Assembly (NCBI GenBank): GCA_007280125.1
Contig: QYPT01000076.1
Span: forward strand, 17-64,016
Length of the DNA: 64,000 bases
Direction of reading: 5' to 3'
From: Streptomycetaceae bacterium
GTDB lineage: Bacteria; Actinomycetota; Actinomycetes; Nanopelagicales; Nanopelagicaceae
Part shown: in pieces, positions 7,681 to 16,573 of the stretch
How the letters are laid out: each line of letters opens with the position of its first letter
Numbering within the stretch: the first letter of the stretch is position 1
The notes under the pieces: model-generated
What the model was told of the DNA's origin: nothing
What the model saw: the letters and a program-made list of their open reading frames with translations, nothing else
The model's database searches: none
Made by a program: the position numbers and the translations under genes

Positions 7681-9474
7681 GCTCAAAGAAAGAATTGATC
7701 CGGGCCCATCAGGATTTCTTTCTAGAACATTAGTTCCCGAACTGTATACAGAGAGCGTGTCACTTCCTTGCCCCTTATGACCTTGCTGAGGACCAATTCC
7801 ATTATCAGTTACCGTAAAGAAGATAGTTCCAGGAATATTTTCTCTCAATACGATTTTAATTTGTGTAGCTAATCCATGACGCATCGAATTCGAGATTGCT
7901 TCTTCGATGATTCGCCCAATATTAAAGGCATTTTTGCCAGTGATTCGTCCAATAGATTCGGGCAAGTCCAGGTGAATTTCACAGAGCCCATCCCACAGCT
8001 TGCACTTTCTAGCTATCTCTCGCTCCACAGTAGAGCCGTAATCAGCTTCCTGATCCAGTAGAGGTAATTCCAAAATTGCCCGTGCTTGCATAAGAGCGCG
8101 ATTGAATTGCTCCACGTTGCCAGATAAACGTGCTTGATCAATGGCGGCAGCACAACTAACGAGCTTGGTTTGTACCTGTCCGTGGAGCAGATTGGCGGCT
8201 TCGGTTGCAAGTCGTGATAGTTGAATACTTTCTGCCAAGACTTCTATTTCGTTCCTGGTTAGCGTCTTGGCGAATGAGGACATCATATCTTCATGAATGT
8301 TTCTAAAGGTTCCAAAACCCGAAGTCACGAAAATGAGAAAAACACTTGTTATGAGATTGCTGGCTAGCTCGCCATTTGGAATCTGTGTTCCAGTTATGTA
8401 TTCGCGAGTGAGGTGAAGCGCCATGTAGAAGACTTGAATAATGAGAATCGTATCTATGAATATCCAGGCATGATTCTTAGGGAATCTACGCATTAGAGAA
8501 TTGGCCATAGTCATGGAGATGAAAAAAACAAATGCAACGGCCAGGTGGGGGATGAGTCCAGTTTGCAATCCGAAATGTTCTACTTCTATTGGCCCTGTAC
8601 GGATTAGGTAGATGAGTGTCAGCGCACCAGGGCGAAATGGTTGATTGTGAACAATATTCTTTATAAAGGCAAAAAAAGTAGGAGGCGGATAAACTTTTGA
8701 GGCTTTTTCTTTGAGTCGCCTGCTCATGGGCCGGACAATGTTGTTAGCGGTATCTCGGATGGATGAAGCGACATCGCTCCATTCAGTGGGTTTGATCTCA
8801 AACTCACCTTTTTCAAGACGAGCCGCGAAACTTTCACGAGCGCTGGTAAGTTCGGCGTCGATTTCCTTTCTAATTGAAATGCGCATCAGTTGAGAAACTT
8901 CAGCTCCTTGTAATCGAGCCAACTCAATTTGAATTGCTCTTTCAATAACCATGTTGCGCTGTTCGCTAAATCGAGCACGTCCATCCAGAAGCAACGTGAT
9001 CATTGATCCCCACCAGATAAGGAATATGCCAGTTAGAAATCCGTTGGTTATCGCTCCACGGGATATCGCGATATCTTGAATCTCTAATAATATTGAAGTC
9101 ATCGCTCCGACTAGCGCCCCTGCTGCAAAGAAACCAACTACGATTTTCCATAGCGCAACTGCCTTGGTTCCTCTATTGGGAAAACCAAATCTAACCAATA
9201 GAAACATGCAAACGATGAGTCCGATTATGAGTTCGAAGGCAACTAGGAGAATTCTTAAGATTATTTCTTCTGTAAATTTAGAAAGGTTAATATTTGAAAC
9301 AATATTGAGCAGTAGCAGAGGAAGCGAAAAAAAGAATGATGGCCAAGAGATTAACCAAGGGCCGCCTAAGCGGATTTGGACGCTAGGTAATTGTCTATCC
9401 ACGACGAGAAGTTGATGGGCCGATAGATTCGTAAAATGCCTGTGCGATGAGCACTCTTTGGTTCTGGTCCTCAT
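7666..9474 (-). CDS. membrane sensor histidine kinase (HK1), about 8 TM, HisKA_3-like DHp + HATPase
   Basis: The ORF is 602 aa. An alternative GTG start at 9402 gives 578 aa and an 8-nt overlap with the RR2 stop (GTGGATAG). Motifs are H-box ANLLHGQVQTKL, N-box EEAISNSMRHG, G1 TDNGIG and G2 GQGSDTL. There are two blocks of about 4 hydrophobic helices, judged by eye, separated by a charged helical insert. Confidence 0.8.
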   Translation of the reverse strand: MRTRTKECSSHRHFTNLSAHQLLVVDRQLPSVQIRLGGPWLISWPSFFFSLPLLLLNIVSNINLSKFTEEIILRILLVAFELIIGLIVCMFLLVRFGFPNRGTKAVALWKIVVGFFAAGALVGAMTSILLEIQDIAISRGAITNGFLTGIFLIWWGSMITLLLDGRARFSEQRNMVIERAIQIELARLQGAEVSQLMRISIRKEIDAELTSARESFAARLEKGEFEIKPTEWSDVASSIRDTANNIVRPMSRRLKEKASKVYPPPTFFAFIKNIVHNQPFRPGALTLIYLIRTGPIEVEHFGLQTGLIPHLAVAFVFFISMTMANSLMRRFPKNHAWIFIDTILIIQVFYMALHLTREYITGTQIPNGELASNLITSVFLIFVTSGFGTFRNIHEDMMSSFAKTLTRNEIEVLAESIQLSRLATEAANLLHGQVQTKLVSCAAAIDQARLSGNVEQFNRALMQARAILELPLLDQEADYGSTVEREIARKCKLWDGLCEIHLDLPESIGRITGKNAFNIGRIIEEAISNSMRHGLATQIKIVLRENIPGTIFFTVTDNGIGPQQGHKGQGSDTLSVYSSGTNVLERNPDGPGSILSLSVGLS

Positions 9475-10111
9475 TGGCAGGAATATTGAGTTGCTTAATT
9501 AACCGCGCAACTGCTTTCCCGACGGATGCTTCAGTAAGAAATTGACGCTTAGCAATTGCTGCATTTGTGAATCCAGAAGCAACGAGTCTCATAACTTCTA
9601 CTTGTGAGTCACTGAGCCGGCGCATTCGCTTTGTTTTGTTATCAACTTCAACCAAATCGGATGCGAAACCTTCATGTCCAAGCGCGGCACTAATAGCTTT
9701 CTCCAGGACTTCTGGGGTGCCAACTACTTTCTTTACAACATACACAGTGCCTTCGGGTAGTTCTAGTTGTTTTGCTTTGATCAACCGAGGCTCTTCATAC
9801 GAGGAGAGCATGACGAGTGCAATTTCGGGAAGGACTCTTCGTAGTCCGTGCGCAACGTCAATACCTGTTGGGCCTTCGCCTAAATCGAGGTCAACAATTG
9901 CAAGGTCGGGAACATGTTCAGTTGCTGCCCGAATCGCATCTGCTGCAGTGGCGGCGTCAGCAACCACCGTGTAGCCCAGATCCTTCAAAGTGGAAGATAG
10001 AAGAAGGCGCGTGAAATCGTCATCATCGATGAGAATCGCCTTAATTTCCACGTTCTTCCAATCTGAGCATTCGAAAGAAAATCGGTTAGCCAACGAGAGC
10101 AGTTTAGCCAT
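9395..10111 (-). CDS. response regulator, receiver + LuxR/GerE-type HTH (RR2)
   Basis: ORF 9395..10213. I prefer the ATG at 10111 (MAKLLSL...), which gives 238 aa. The receiver reads ILIDDDD ... LAIVDLDLGEGPTGID ... VMLSS ... VVKK. The HTH is LSDSQVEVMRLVASGFTNAAIAKRQFLTEASVGKAVARL. Confidence 0.85.
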   Translation of the reverse strand: MAKLLSLANRFSFECSDWKNVEIKAILIDDDDFTRLLLSSTLKDLGYTVVADAATAADAIRAATEHVPDLAIVDLDLGEGPTGIDVAHGLRRVLPEIALVMLSSYEEPRLIKAKQLELPEGTVYVVKKVVGTPEVLEKAISAALGHEGFASDLVEVDNKTKRMRRLSDSQVEVMRLVASGFTNAAIAKRQFLTEASVGKAVARLIKQLNIPANEDQNQRVLIAQAFYESIGPSTSRRG

Positions 10112-10190
10112 CAGGGAGAGGCAAATGGCAACGCATCTCCTCAAAACCGGGGTATTGAGCCCCCATATGCATGGCAAGTTACTATGCCCC

Positions 10191-11078
10191 ATGACCAAGA
10201 AGTTAGCTGTCATTCAAACAACCGAAGTGGCATTCCAGTTATCGACTTTTGTCGATGGACGATATTTCTCGATTCCTGGATTAAGGACCCTGACCGACGC
10301 ATTAAGAATTCGACGAACTGAATTACAAGCATTGGTCGATGGACCACAAGGCAATGAGGTATTCGGAAAGTTGATGCCACCAATTTCCTCGGAGAGTGAA
10401 ATTTGGGGAGCAGGCGTCACATATCTGCGCTCGCGTGATGCGCGCAAAGAAGAAAGTGGTGTTCCCGATGTGTATCAACGCGTGTACGAAGCTGACCGCC
10501 CTGAGTTGTTCTTTAAATCTAATGCACGACGGACAGTTGGCACATTGGGAGATATTGGAATTCGCGCGGACTCAAATGAATCTGTCCCAGAACCTGAAGT
10601 TGCAATCGTCATAAATATATTTCAGGAGATTATCGGATTAACGATTTGCAATGATGTGACTGCTCGGTCAATTGAAGGCGAAAATCCGCTGTACCTATCC
10701 CAAGCAAAGATATATTCTGGTTCTACATCAATCGGACCAATGATTACTCCGATGTGGGAAATTGAGGAATCAAACGATTTAGGAATTTCCGCTCACATTC
10801 AAAGAGATACCGAAATGGTCTGGCAAGCACAAACTTCTTTGGGAGCGCTGCATCGGACATTTGAAGATCTAGTTTCCTATCTATTTCGGTGTCAAGTTTT
10901 TCCGGATGGTGTAATTCTCTCTACTGGGACAGGAATTATTCCGCCACTTGGAATTTCATTACAGGATGGAGATGTCGTAACAATTTCCGTTGATAAAGTT
11001 GGCGTATTGTCTAATCGTGTAGTTGGCATTCCATTAGATATTCACGAAACAACTTTAAAGAGCGGACGTAATTCATGA
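10191..11078 (+). CDS. fumarylacetoacetate hydrolase (FAH) family enzyme (2-keto-3-deoxy-sugar-acid dehydratase/hydrolase type)
   Basis: ORF 9990..11078. I prefer the ATG at 10191 (MTKKLAVIQ...), which gives 295 aa and avoids overlap with RR2. The FAH core is EPEVAIVINIFQEIIGLTICNDVTARSIE ... SIGP. Confidence 0.78.
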   Translation: MTKKLAVIQTTEVAFQLSTFVDGRYFSIPGLRTLTDALRIRRTELQALVDGPQGNEVFGKLMPPISSESEIWGAGVTYLRSRDARKEESGVPDVYQRVYEADRPELFFKSNARRTVGTLGDIGIRADSNESVPEPEVAIVINIFQEIIGLTICNDVTARSIEGENPLYLSQAKIYSGSTSIGPMITPMWEIEESNDLGISAHIQRDTEMVWQAQTSLGALHRTFEDLVSYLFRCQVFPDGVILSTGTGIIPPLGISLQDGDVVTISVDKVGVLSNRVVGIPLDIHETTLKSGRNS

Positions 11079-11977
11079 GCACCGTAGTTTGGACGCAATG
11101 GGATGACTTAACAATCCCTGAGGGCATCATCGGTCTTTCGCCAGCAAATACTCCGTTGGAGAGTGCCGACCTTTCTGCAATTACATTTTATGTTCCTTCC
11201 TATATGGGTGGTCGACCTGCGCTAGAAAAAACTCTGAAGATGCCAAACCTTTCAGTTCTTCAGATGCCTAATGCAGGCTATGACGATGCTTTGGAGTTCA
11301 TTCGCCCAGGCATGACACTGTGTAATGGTCGCGGAATTCATGATGCATCGACTGCCGAACTCGCTGTAGGTCTGACGATTGCCTCTTTACGAGGTTTTCC
11401 AGAATTAATACGTGCCCAGGATGCAGGCCTTTGGAAACATGCTCGTTATCAATCGATTAACGATAAAAGAATTGGCATTGTTGGGTTTGGGTCGATTGGC
11501 CATACAATTGCAAAGAACCTTTCAGGATTTGATGTGGAAGTTATTGGCTTCTCGCAGTCGGGCCGTGATGGCTCTGTGACTATGGATCAGTTTGATACTT
11601 ATTTACCAACACTCGATGTTGTTATCTTAATTTTGCCTCTCAACGATGGCAGCCGAGGACTTTTTGGAGCCAAGCGATTGGCGGCGCTCAAGGATGGCGC
11701 GCTGTTGGTGAATGTCGCTCGAGGACCGATTATTGATACCGATGCGTTAGTCGCAGAGCTAAATTCAGGTCGGATCAGTGCAGCCCTTGATGTCACCGAC
11801 CCAGAACCTTTACCTGAGGGCCACCCTCTATGGAAAGCAAAGAATCTTTTTATCGCTCCGCACGTGGGCGGAAATACAAGCGCCTTTGAACCCCGTGCTC
11901 GCAAACTTGTTGAAGCACAGCTGCAAAGAATGTCTGCTGGAAAGACTCTGGAAAACATTATTGTCACAGGAGTTTAA
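11075..11977 (+). CDS. D-isomer-specific 2-hydroxyacid dehydrogenase family, NAD-binding
   Basis: 300 aa. It shows GIVGFGSIGHTIAKNL (GxGxxG), VARGPIID, and DVTDPEPLPEGHPLW..APHVGG. There is a 4-nt ATGA overlap with the FAH gene. Confidence 0.85.
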   Translation: MSTVVWTQWDDLTIPEGIIGLSPANTPLESADLSAITFYVPSYMGGRPALEKTLKMPNLSVLQMPNAGYDDALEFIRPGMTLCNGRGIHDASTAELAVGLTIASLRGFPELIRAQDAGLWKHARYQSINDKRIGIVGFGSIGHTIAKNLSGFDVEVIGFSQSGRDGSVTMDQFDTYLPTLDVVILILPLNDGSRGLFGAKRLAALKDGALLVNVARGPIIDTDALVAELNSGRISAALDVTDPEPLPEGHPLWKAKNLFIAPHVGGNTSAFEPRARKLVEAQLQRMSAGKTLENIIVTGV

Positions 11978-11995
11978 ATAGGTAAGATAAGAAAC

Positions 11996-13729
11996 ATGAG
12001 CGAAGATCCAGGAAAAGGTAAGCGTCGTAGTTCTGAATGGTTTGCAGGCACAGGTAAGAACGGTTTTATCCATCGTTCCTGGATGCGTAATCAAGGATTT
12101 GCCCCAGATTTATTTGATGGCCGCCCTGTAATCGGCATCGGGTCTACCTGGTCAGAATTCACGCCATGTAATGCTCATCTGCACAAAGTTGCAGAATCCA
12201 TTAAACGTGGGGTGTGGGAAGCCGGTGGATTCCCGCTTGAATTCCCCGCCATGTCATTGGGTGAGCCAATTATGCGGCCCACGACAATGCTATTTCGTAA
12301 CCTCTTAGCAATGGAGATTGAAGAACTCATCCATGCAAATCCAATGGATGGCGTAATTTTGCTTGCAGGTTGCGATAAAACGACTCCGGGAATGTTGATG
12401 GGCGCAGCAAGTGTTAATTTGCCAACCCTCATGATGACTGGTGGGCCAATGCTCAACGGTAAATTCCGCGGAAAAGATATTGGTTCGGGCACAGATGCGT
12501 GGAAGTTTGCCGACGAAGTTCGTAACGGAACAATGACCGAAGAAGAATTTACCGAAGCCGAAACATGCATGGCTCGAAGCGCTGGTCACTGTATGACGAT
12601 GGGCACTGCTTCAACTATGGCTTCAGTTACAGAGGCTTTAGGCGTTCAATTGCCTGGAAGTGCGGCGATTCCGGCTGTTGATTCTCGTCGCTATGCACTT
12701 GCTCAAATAGCTGGCCGCAGAATTGTCGAAATGGTAAAAGAAGATTTAACTCTTTCGAAGATCCTTACTCGCGATGCCTTTGAAAATGCAATTAAAGTTA
12801 ATGCCGCTGTTGGCGGATCAACAAATGCAGTAGTGCACTTATTGGCTCTAGCCGGTCGTGTCGGGGTCCCACTTTCCCTCGCTGATTTCGACTCACTTGC
12901 ACGCGATATCCCTGTTGTGGTGAATTTGATGCCATCAGGTAAATACCTCATGGAAGATTTCTACTATGCAGGCGGTATCCCAGTTGTCATGGCCGAGCTT
13001 GGCAATCTCATTCATCGTGATCACATCACCGTGAGCGGTAAAACTGTCGCAGAGAACATTGAAAAGGCCAAGAACTGGAATGAGGATGTCATTACCCCGA
13101 TGAGTAATCCATTCCAAAGCGCTGGTTCTGGAACGGTAGTTCTGACTGGAACACTTGCCCCAGATGGCGCAGTATTGAAGATTTCGGCGGCATCTCCGCA
13201 CCTTCTCAAGCATCGCGGTAAAGCTCGAGTGTTTAGTAACGTAGAAGAATATAACGTTGCAGCAGATGACATGAACATGGATGTTGAAGCCGGTGACATT
13301 ATTGTTTTGCAAAATGCCGGGCCTAAGGGTTACCCAGGGTTTCCCGAAGTTGGCAATGTTTCCATGCCACGCAAGTTACTTGCCCAGGGGATTACAGACA
13401 TGATTCGCGTTTCCGATGCTCGCATGAGTGGAACCGCATTTGGCACAGTGGTCTTGCATGTTTCACCAGAAGCGGCAGTCGGCGGACCACTTGCACTTGT
13501 CATGACTGGAGATGAGATTGATCTCGATGTCGAGAATAGAAAACTCGATCTCCTTGTTTCTCCAGAAGTGCTTGCCGAACGTCGCAAGAACTGGACTCCA
13601 CCAACTGGCGGACCAACGCGCGGATGGAGCAAGCTCTATGTTGACCACGTGATGCAAGCAAATACCGGAGCAGATTTAGATTTCTTAATTGGCGGCTCGG
13701 GCAGTGAAGTTGGTCGTCACTCTCACTAG
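11996..13729 (+). CDS. IlvD/Edd-family sugar-acid dehydratase (pentonate/hexonate dehydratase type), paralogue 1
   Basis: 577 aa. It shows RRSSEWFAG, GCDKTTPG, SAGHCMTMGTASTM (Fe-S ligand context), GGSTNAVVHL, and the C-terminal ..SDARMSGTAFGTVVLHVSPEAAVGGPL. Confidence 0.9.
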   Translation: MSEDPGKGKRRSSEWFAGTGKNGFIHRSWMRNQGFAPDLFDGRPVIGIGSTWSEFTPCNAHLHKVAESIKRGVWEAGGFPLEFPAMSLGEPIMRPTTMLFRNLLAMEIEELIHANPMDGVILLAGCDKTTPGMLMGAASVNLPTLMMTGGPMLNGKFRGKDIGSGTDAWKFADEVRNGTMTEEEFTEAETCMARSAGHCMTMGTASTMASVTEALGVQLPGSAAIPAVDSRRYALAQIAGRRIVEMVKEDLTLSKILTRDAFENAIKVNAAVGGSTNAVVHLLALAGRVGVPLSLADFDSLARDIPVVVNLMPSGKYLMEDFYYAGGIPVVMAELGNLIHRDHITVSGKTVAENIEKAKNWNEDVITPMSNPFQSAGSGTVVLTGTLAPDGAVLKISAASPHLLKHRGKARVFSNVEEYNVAADDMNMDVEAGDIIVLQNAGPKGYPGFPEVGNVSMPRKLLAQGITDMIRVSDARMSGTAFGTVVLHVSPEAAVGGPLALVMTGDEIDLDVENRKLDLLVSPEVLAERRKNWTPPTGGPTRGWSKLYVDHVMQANTGADLDFLIGGSGSEVGRHSH

Positions 13730-13838
13730 TTCAATTCCGAATGCGCACGTACTCTGAGGTGAAATCCTTTATGGATGATTGGGTCACCCCAAATTGTTTT
13801 CCAACCCGGCAATTGCCTGTGAGTTTTAATTGCGCTCA

Positions 13839-15203
13839 TCATTCGTTCTCACGTTCTAGAGTAGATAGAACCTTCCACAGTGATTGAGTTCGCAGTAGAT
13901 CCAACCAGCGGGAAATTGGCGCGTAAAGAAGCGGATTGACCTGAGAAGCAAAGGGCAGAGTGAGGCAACCACGAACTGCGGCGTGGGAATCTCTAGATTT
14001 CGAAAAGGTTTGTAGCTCAAGAGCCAAGGGGTCATCTAATTCCTCGGCTTCACCCAAATAATGAAGCCATATTGCAATCGCTAGGCATACTCGCGAAGAT
14101 GGCAGGCTTTTTTCATAGAGATTATTGGCCGTCGTAAATAGTCTCTGCGGAAGTTTTTGTGATCCATCCATCGCAATTTGTTTGGTTCGGTGTAGCAAAG
14201 TCGGGTTACTTATCCTTTGTCGTATTTGAGTTGCATACTCCATGAGATTTAGATCAATTGGTGTGATAAATGATTGGGCGATTTCATCTTCTTGCATACG
14301 TTGTACGAATTCCGAGATCCTTGAATCAGAAATAACATCTGCAACGTATTCGATGGAAAGTAGCTGACCTAGGTAGGCCAGAGTTGAATGCACTCCGTTA
14401 AAGAGGCGAATCTTTGCTAGTTCATATGGAGCAACACTATTTACAAACCGAATTCCGCTGCCGATAAGTTCATCCTCTACCTCATCATGCTCGATGACCC
14501 ATTCGCTAAATGGTTCCGCAGTTATGAGAGACAAGTCGCGATAGCCATATTTTGATTCGAATTGATCGATTCTCGTGCTCGTAATCGCGGGCACAATACG
14601 GTCGACCATCGAATTTGGAAAGCGCACATGTGCTTCTACCCATTTTTTGAATTCTGAAGATTCATTGGCAATGGCGTGTTGTATAACAGAGTGCGTGTAT
14701 TCACCGTTGCTCGGCAAGTTATCGCATGAGATTATCGCCAATGGCGCGCCACCGGTTAGAAAACGCGAGTGGAGTAGCAGGGATAATCTCTCAGGCAGGG
14801 ATTGAAGGTAGGCCTTCTCGCTTACTGTAATTGTTATAAGTCCAAGTTCGGGATTGCTTGCAAGGTCAATTAATCGCTGCTCATCTCTTGGAAAGTAAGC
14901 ACTTTCGCGAATTGAGCCAATGATTCGCGGTGTTTCTACGGCATGATCACTTGCATTTACCGTGTACAAACAATCTTGCTCCGCCAAAGTATCTGCAACC
15001 AACGGTGAGCGTTGCGAAACGGCGCAGACTCCAAAGTTGGAATTGCCGTTGCGTAGGACGTTGTCGAAAAAGACTGCTTGATGAGCGCGATGAAAAGCGC
15101 CGAGCCCCATATGGAGTACTCCAATATTCACCTTATCTAGGTCGTAACTAGGCCCTTCTACTGTTGTGATTGAAGGGAGAGTGGAGCGACTTAGTGTTGG
15201 CAT
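13839..15203 (-). CDS. mannitol-dehydrogenase-family oxidoreductase (fructuronate or tagaturonate reductase type)
   Basis: 454 aa. It has HMGLGAFHRAHQAVF, typical of the long-chain mannitol dehydrogenase family. The start overlaps the uxaC stop by 1 nt (TAATG). UxuB versus UxaB cannot be decided by eye. Confidence 0.82.
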   Translation of the reverse strand: MPTLSRSTLPSITTVEGPSYDLDKVNIGVLHMGLGAFHRAHQAVFFDNVLRNGNSNFGVCAVSQRSPLVADTLAEQDCLYTVNASDHAVETPRIIGSIRESAYFPRDEQRLIDLASNPELGLITITVSEKAYLQSLPERLSLLLHSRFLTGGAPLAIISCDNLPSNGEYTHSVIQHAIANESSEFKKWVEAHVRFPNSMVDRIVPAITSTRIDQFESKYGYRDLSLITAEPFSEWVIEHDEVEDELIGSGIRFVNSVAPYELAKIRLFNGVHSTLAYLGQLLSIEYVADVISDSRISEFVQRMQEDEIAQSFITPIDLNLMEYATQIRQRISNPTLLHRTKQIAMDGSQKLPQRLFTTANNLYEKSLPSSRVCLAIAIWLHYLGEAEELDDPLALELQTFSKSRDSHAAVRGCLTLPFASQVNPLLYAPISRWLDLLRTQSLWKVLSTLERENE

Positions 15204-16573
15204 TACAAGCGAAAGAAATCTTTGCTGAGGTTGTATGCAATATCAGCTGCGAGTTCAACGGCATCGGACTTCGAGATCCTATGGCGAGCAACTTCTCGGG
15301 AAAGGTAGCCAGCATCAAATCGTCGAGCAACGTCGTGGCGTACAGGAATAGAACAGAACGCACGTGTGTCGTCGATAAAGCCGACCGTATTGTAGAAGCC
15401 TGCCGTTTCAGTTACTGATTCGCGCCAACGCTCCATTCCGTTGAGGCTGTCATGAAACCACCAAGGAGGGCCTAAGCGAAGCGATGGATAAGCACCTGCT
15501 AAAGGAGCCAATTCTCGCGAGTATGCACTTTCATCTAGCGTAAAGAGAACCATTCGAAAGTTTGGGTTAAATCCAAAGGCTTCAAGAAGTGGGGCCAATT
15601 CTTTTACGTAATGAGTTTCAAGTGGAATATCGAAACCTTTATCGGCTCCGTAATCTCTAAAGACTGACGCATCGTAATTGCGCATTGATCCTGGATGTAA
15701 TTGCATTACTAGACCATCTTCACTCGCCATGCGAGCATGTTCAAAAAGCATTATTGCTCTAAAAGTCGAAGCATCTTCGGGCGTAGATTCACCGGATAGT
15801 AATCGGGCAAAAAGAGATTCCTTGGTATCTTCAGACGCGTTAAGAGTTCGCGCACTGAGAACGCCATGATCAGTAGCGGTAGCACCGCGGGACACAAAGT
15901 AATCTCTACGAATTCGAAGTGCTTTCATGAGAGATTCAAAACTTCCGCATTCTTGACCAGAGCTATTCTCCAAAGCCAACAATGATGAGCGCCAAGCCGG
16001 ATGCTCCGGGTCACTCACATCGTCAGGTCGAAATGTTGGAATTACCCTGCCGCCTACCTCCAAAGATGCGAGGGCTAAGTGATCGCTGAGTGAGTCCGAG
16101 GTGGCATTGGTGGTCGCCAGAACTTCGATTCCGAATTTCATAAATAATGATTGAGGTAAGAAATCCGAATCAGCAAGTCGTTCCTGAATCTGGTCATAGA
16201 GATAATCTGGCCGTTCAGAGAGATTGTTATCAGAAATTTCAAAGAGAGAGTTGAAGGTTTCAAGCATCCATATCCGAGAAGGAGTGGATCTAAACGCGCG
16301 CCAATGGCTAGTAAATACCTTCCACACAGTACGAGGATCACCAGAATGGATCTCATCATATGTAACGCCCTGACTCATGAGCATTCGAGTGATGTAGTGA
16401 TCGGGTTTAATGAGTAGGTCAACCGGATTTATGAATGGGTGATTCTCGTTAAGCATTCGTGCATCTACATGGCCATGGGGAGAAAGAATGGGGTAGGACC
16501 TCATAATTTCGTAGAGTTCGCGAGCAAGTGGAAGTTGATTAGTGTCGGTTCCTAGAAATCGGTCTTTATACAT
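15203..16573 (-). CDS. uxaC: uronate (glucuronate) isomerase
   Basis: 456 aa. The N-terminus is FLGTDTNQLPLARELYEIMRSYPILSPHGHVDARML, and the overall length and pattern match UxaC. Confidence 0.88.
   Translation of the reverse strand: MYKDRFLGTDTNQLPLARELYEIMRSYPILSPHGHVDARMLNENHPFINPVDLLIKPDHYITRMLMSQGVTYDEIHSGDPRTVWKVFTSHWRAFRSTPSRIWMLETFNSLFEISDNNLSERPDYLYDQIQERLADSDFLPQSLFMKFGIEVLATTNATSDSLSDHLALASLEVGGRVIPTFRPDDVSDPEHPAWRSSLLALENSSGQECGSFESLMKALRIRRDYFVSRGATATDHGVLSARTLNASEDTKESLFARLLSGESTPEDASTFRAIMLFEHARMASEDGLVMQLHPGSMRNYDASVFRDYGADKGFDIPLETHYVKELAPLLEAFGFNPNFRMVLFTLDESAYSRELAPLAGAYPSLRLGPPWWFHDSLNGMERWRESVTETAGFYNTVGFIDDTRAFCSIPVRHDVARRFDAGYLSREVARHRISKSDAVELAADIAYNLSKDFFRL

Noticed and set aside
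9990-10190. Long N-terminal extensions are implied by the ORF track: 9990 for the FAH gene, 10213 for RR2, 53107 for the unknown ORF, 62110 for mmuM, 17651 for the esterase, and 24901, 29510, 41213, 55986 and 1731 for others.
   Set aside because: The extensions overlap neighbouring genes or operators and encode non-homologous, odd-composition peptides. Internal ATG starts give canonical N-termini and compact junctions.
13808-13817. Short palindromes and hairpins were considered as terminators or operators. Examples are GGCAATTGCC at 13808 and gtgtgg-ttcta-ccacac at 18421..18437.
   Set aside because: Stems of 5-6 bp are expected many times by chance in 64 kb. None has a U-tract or a positional argument.
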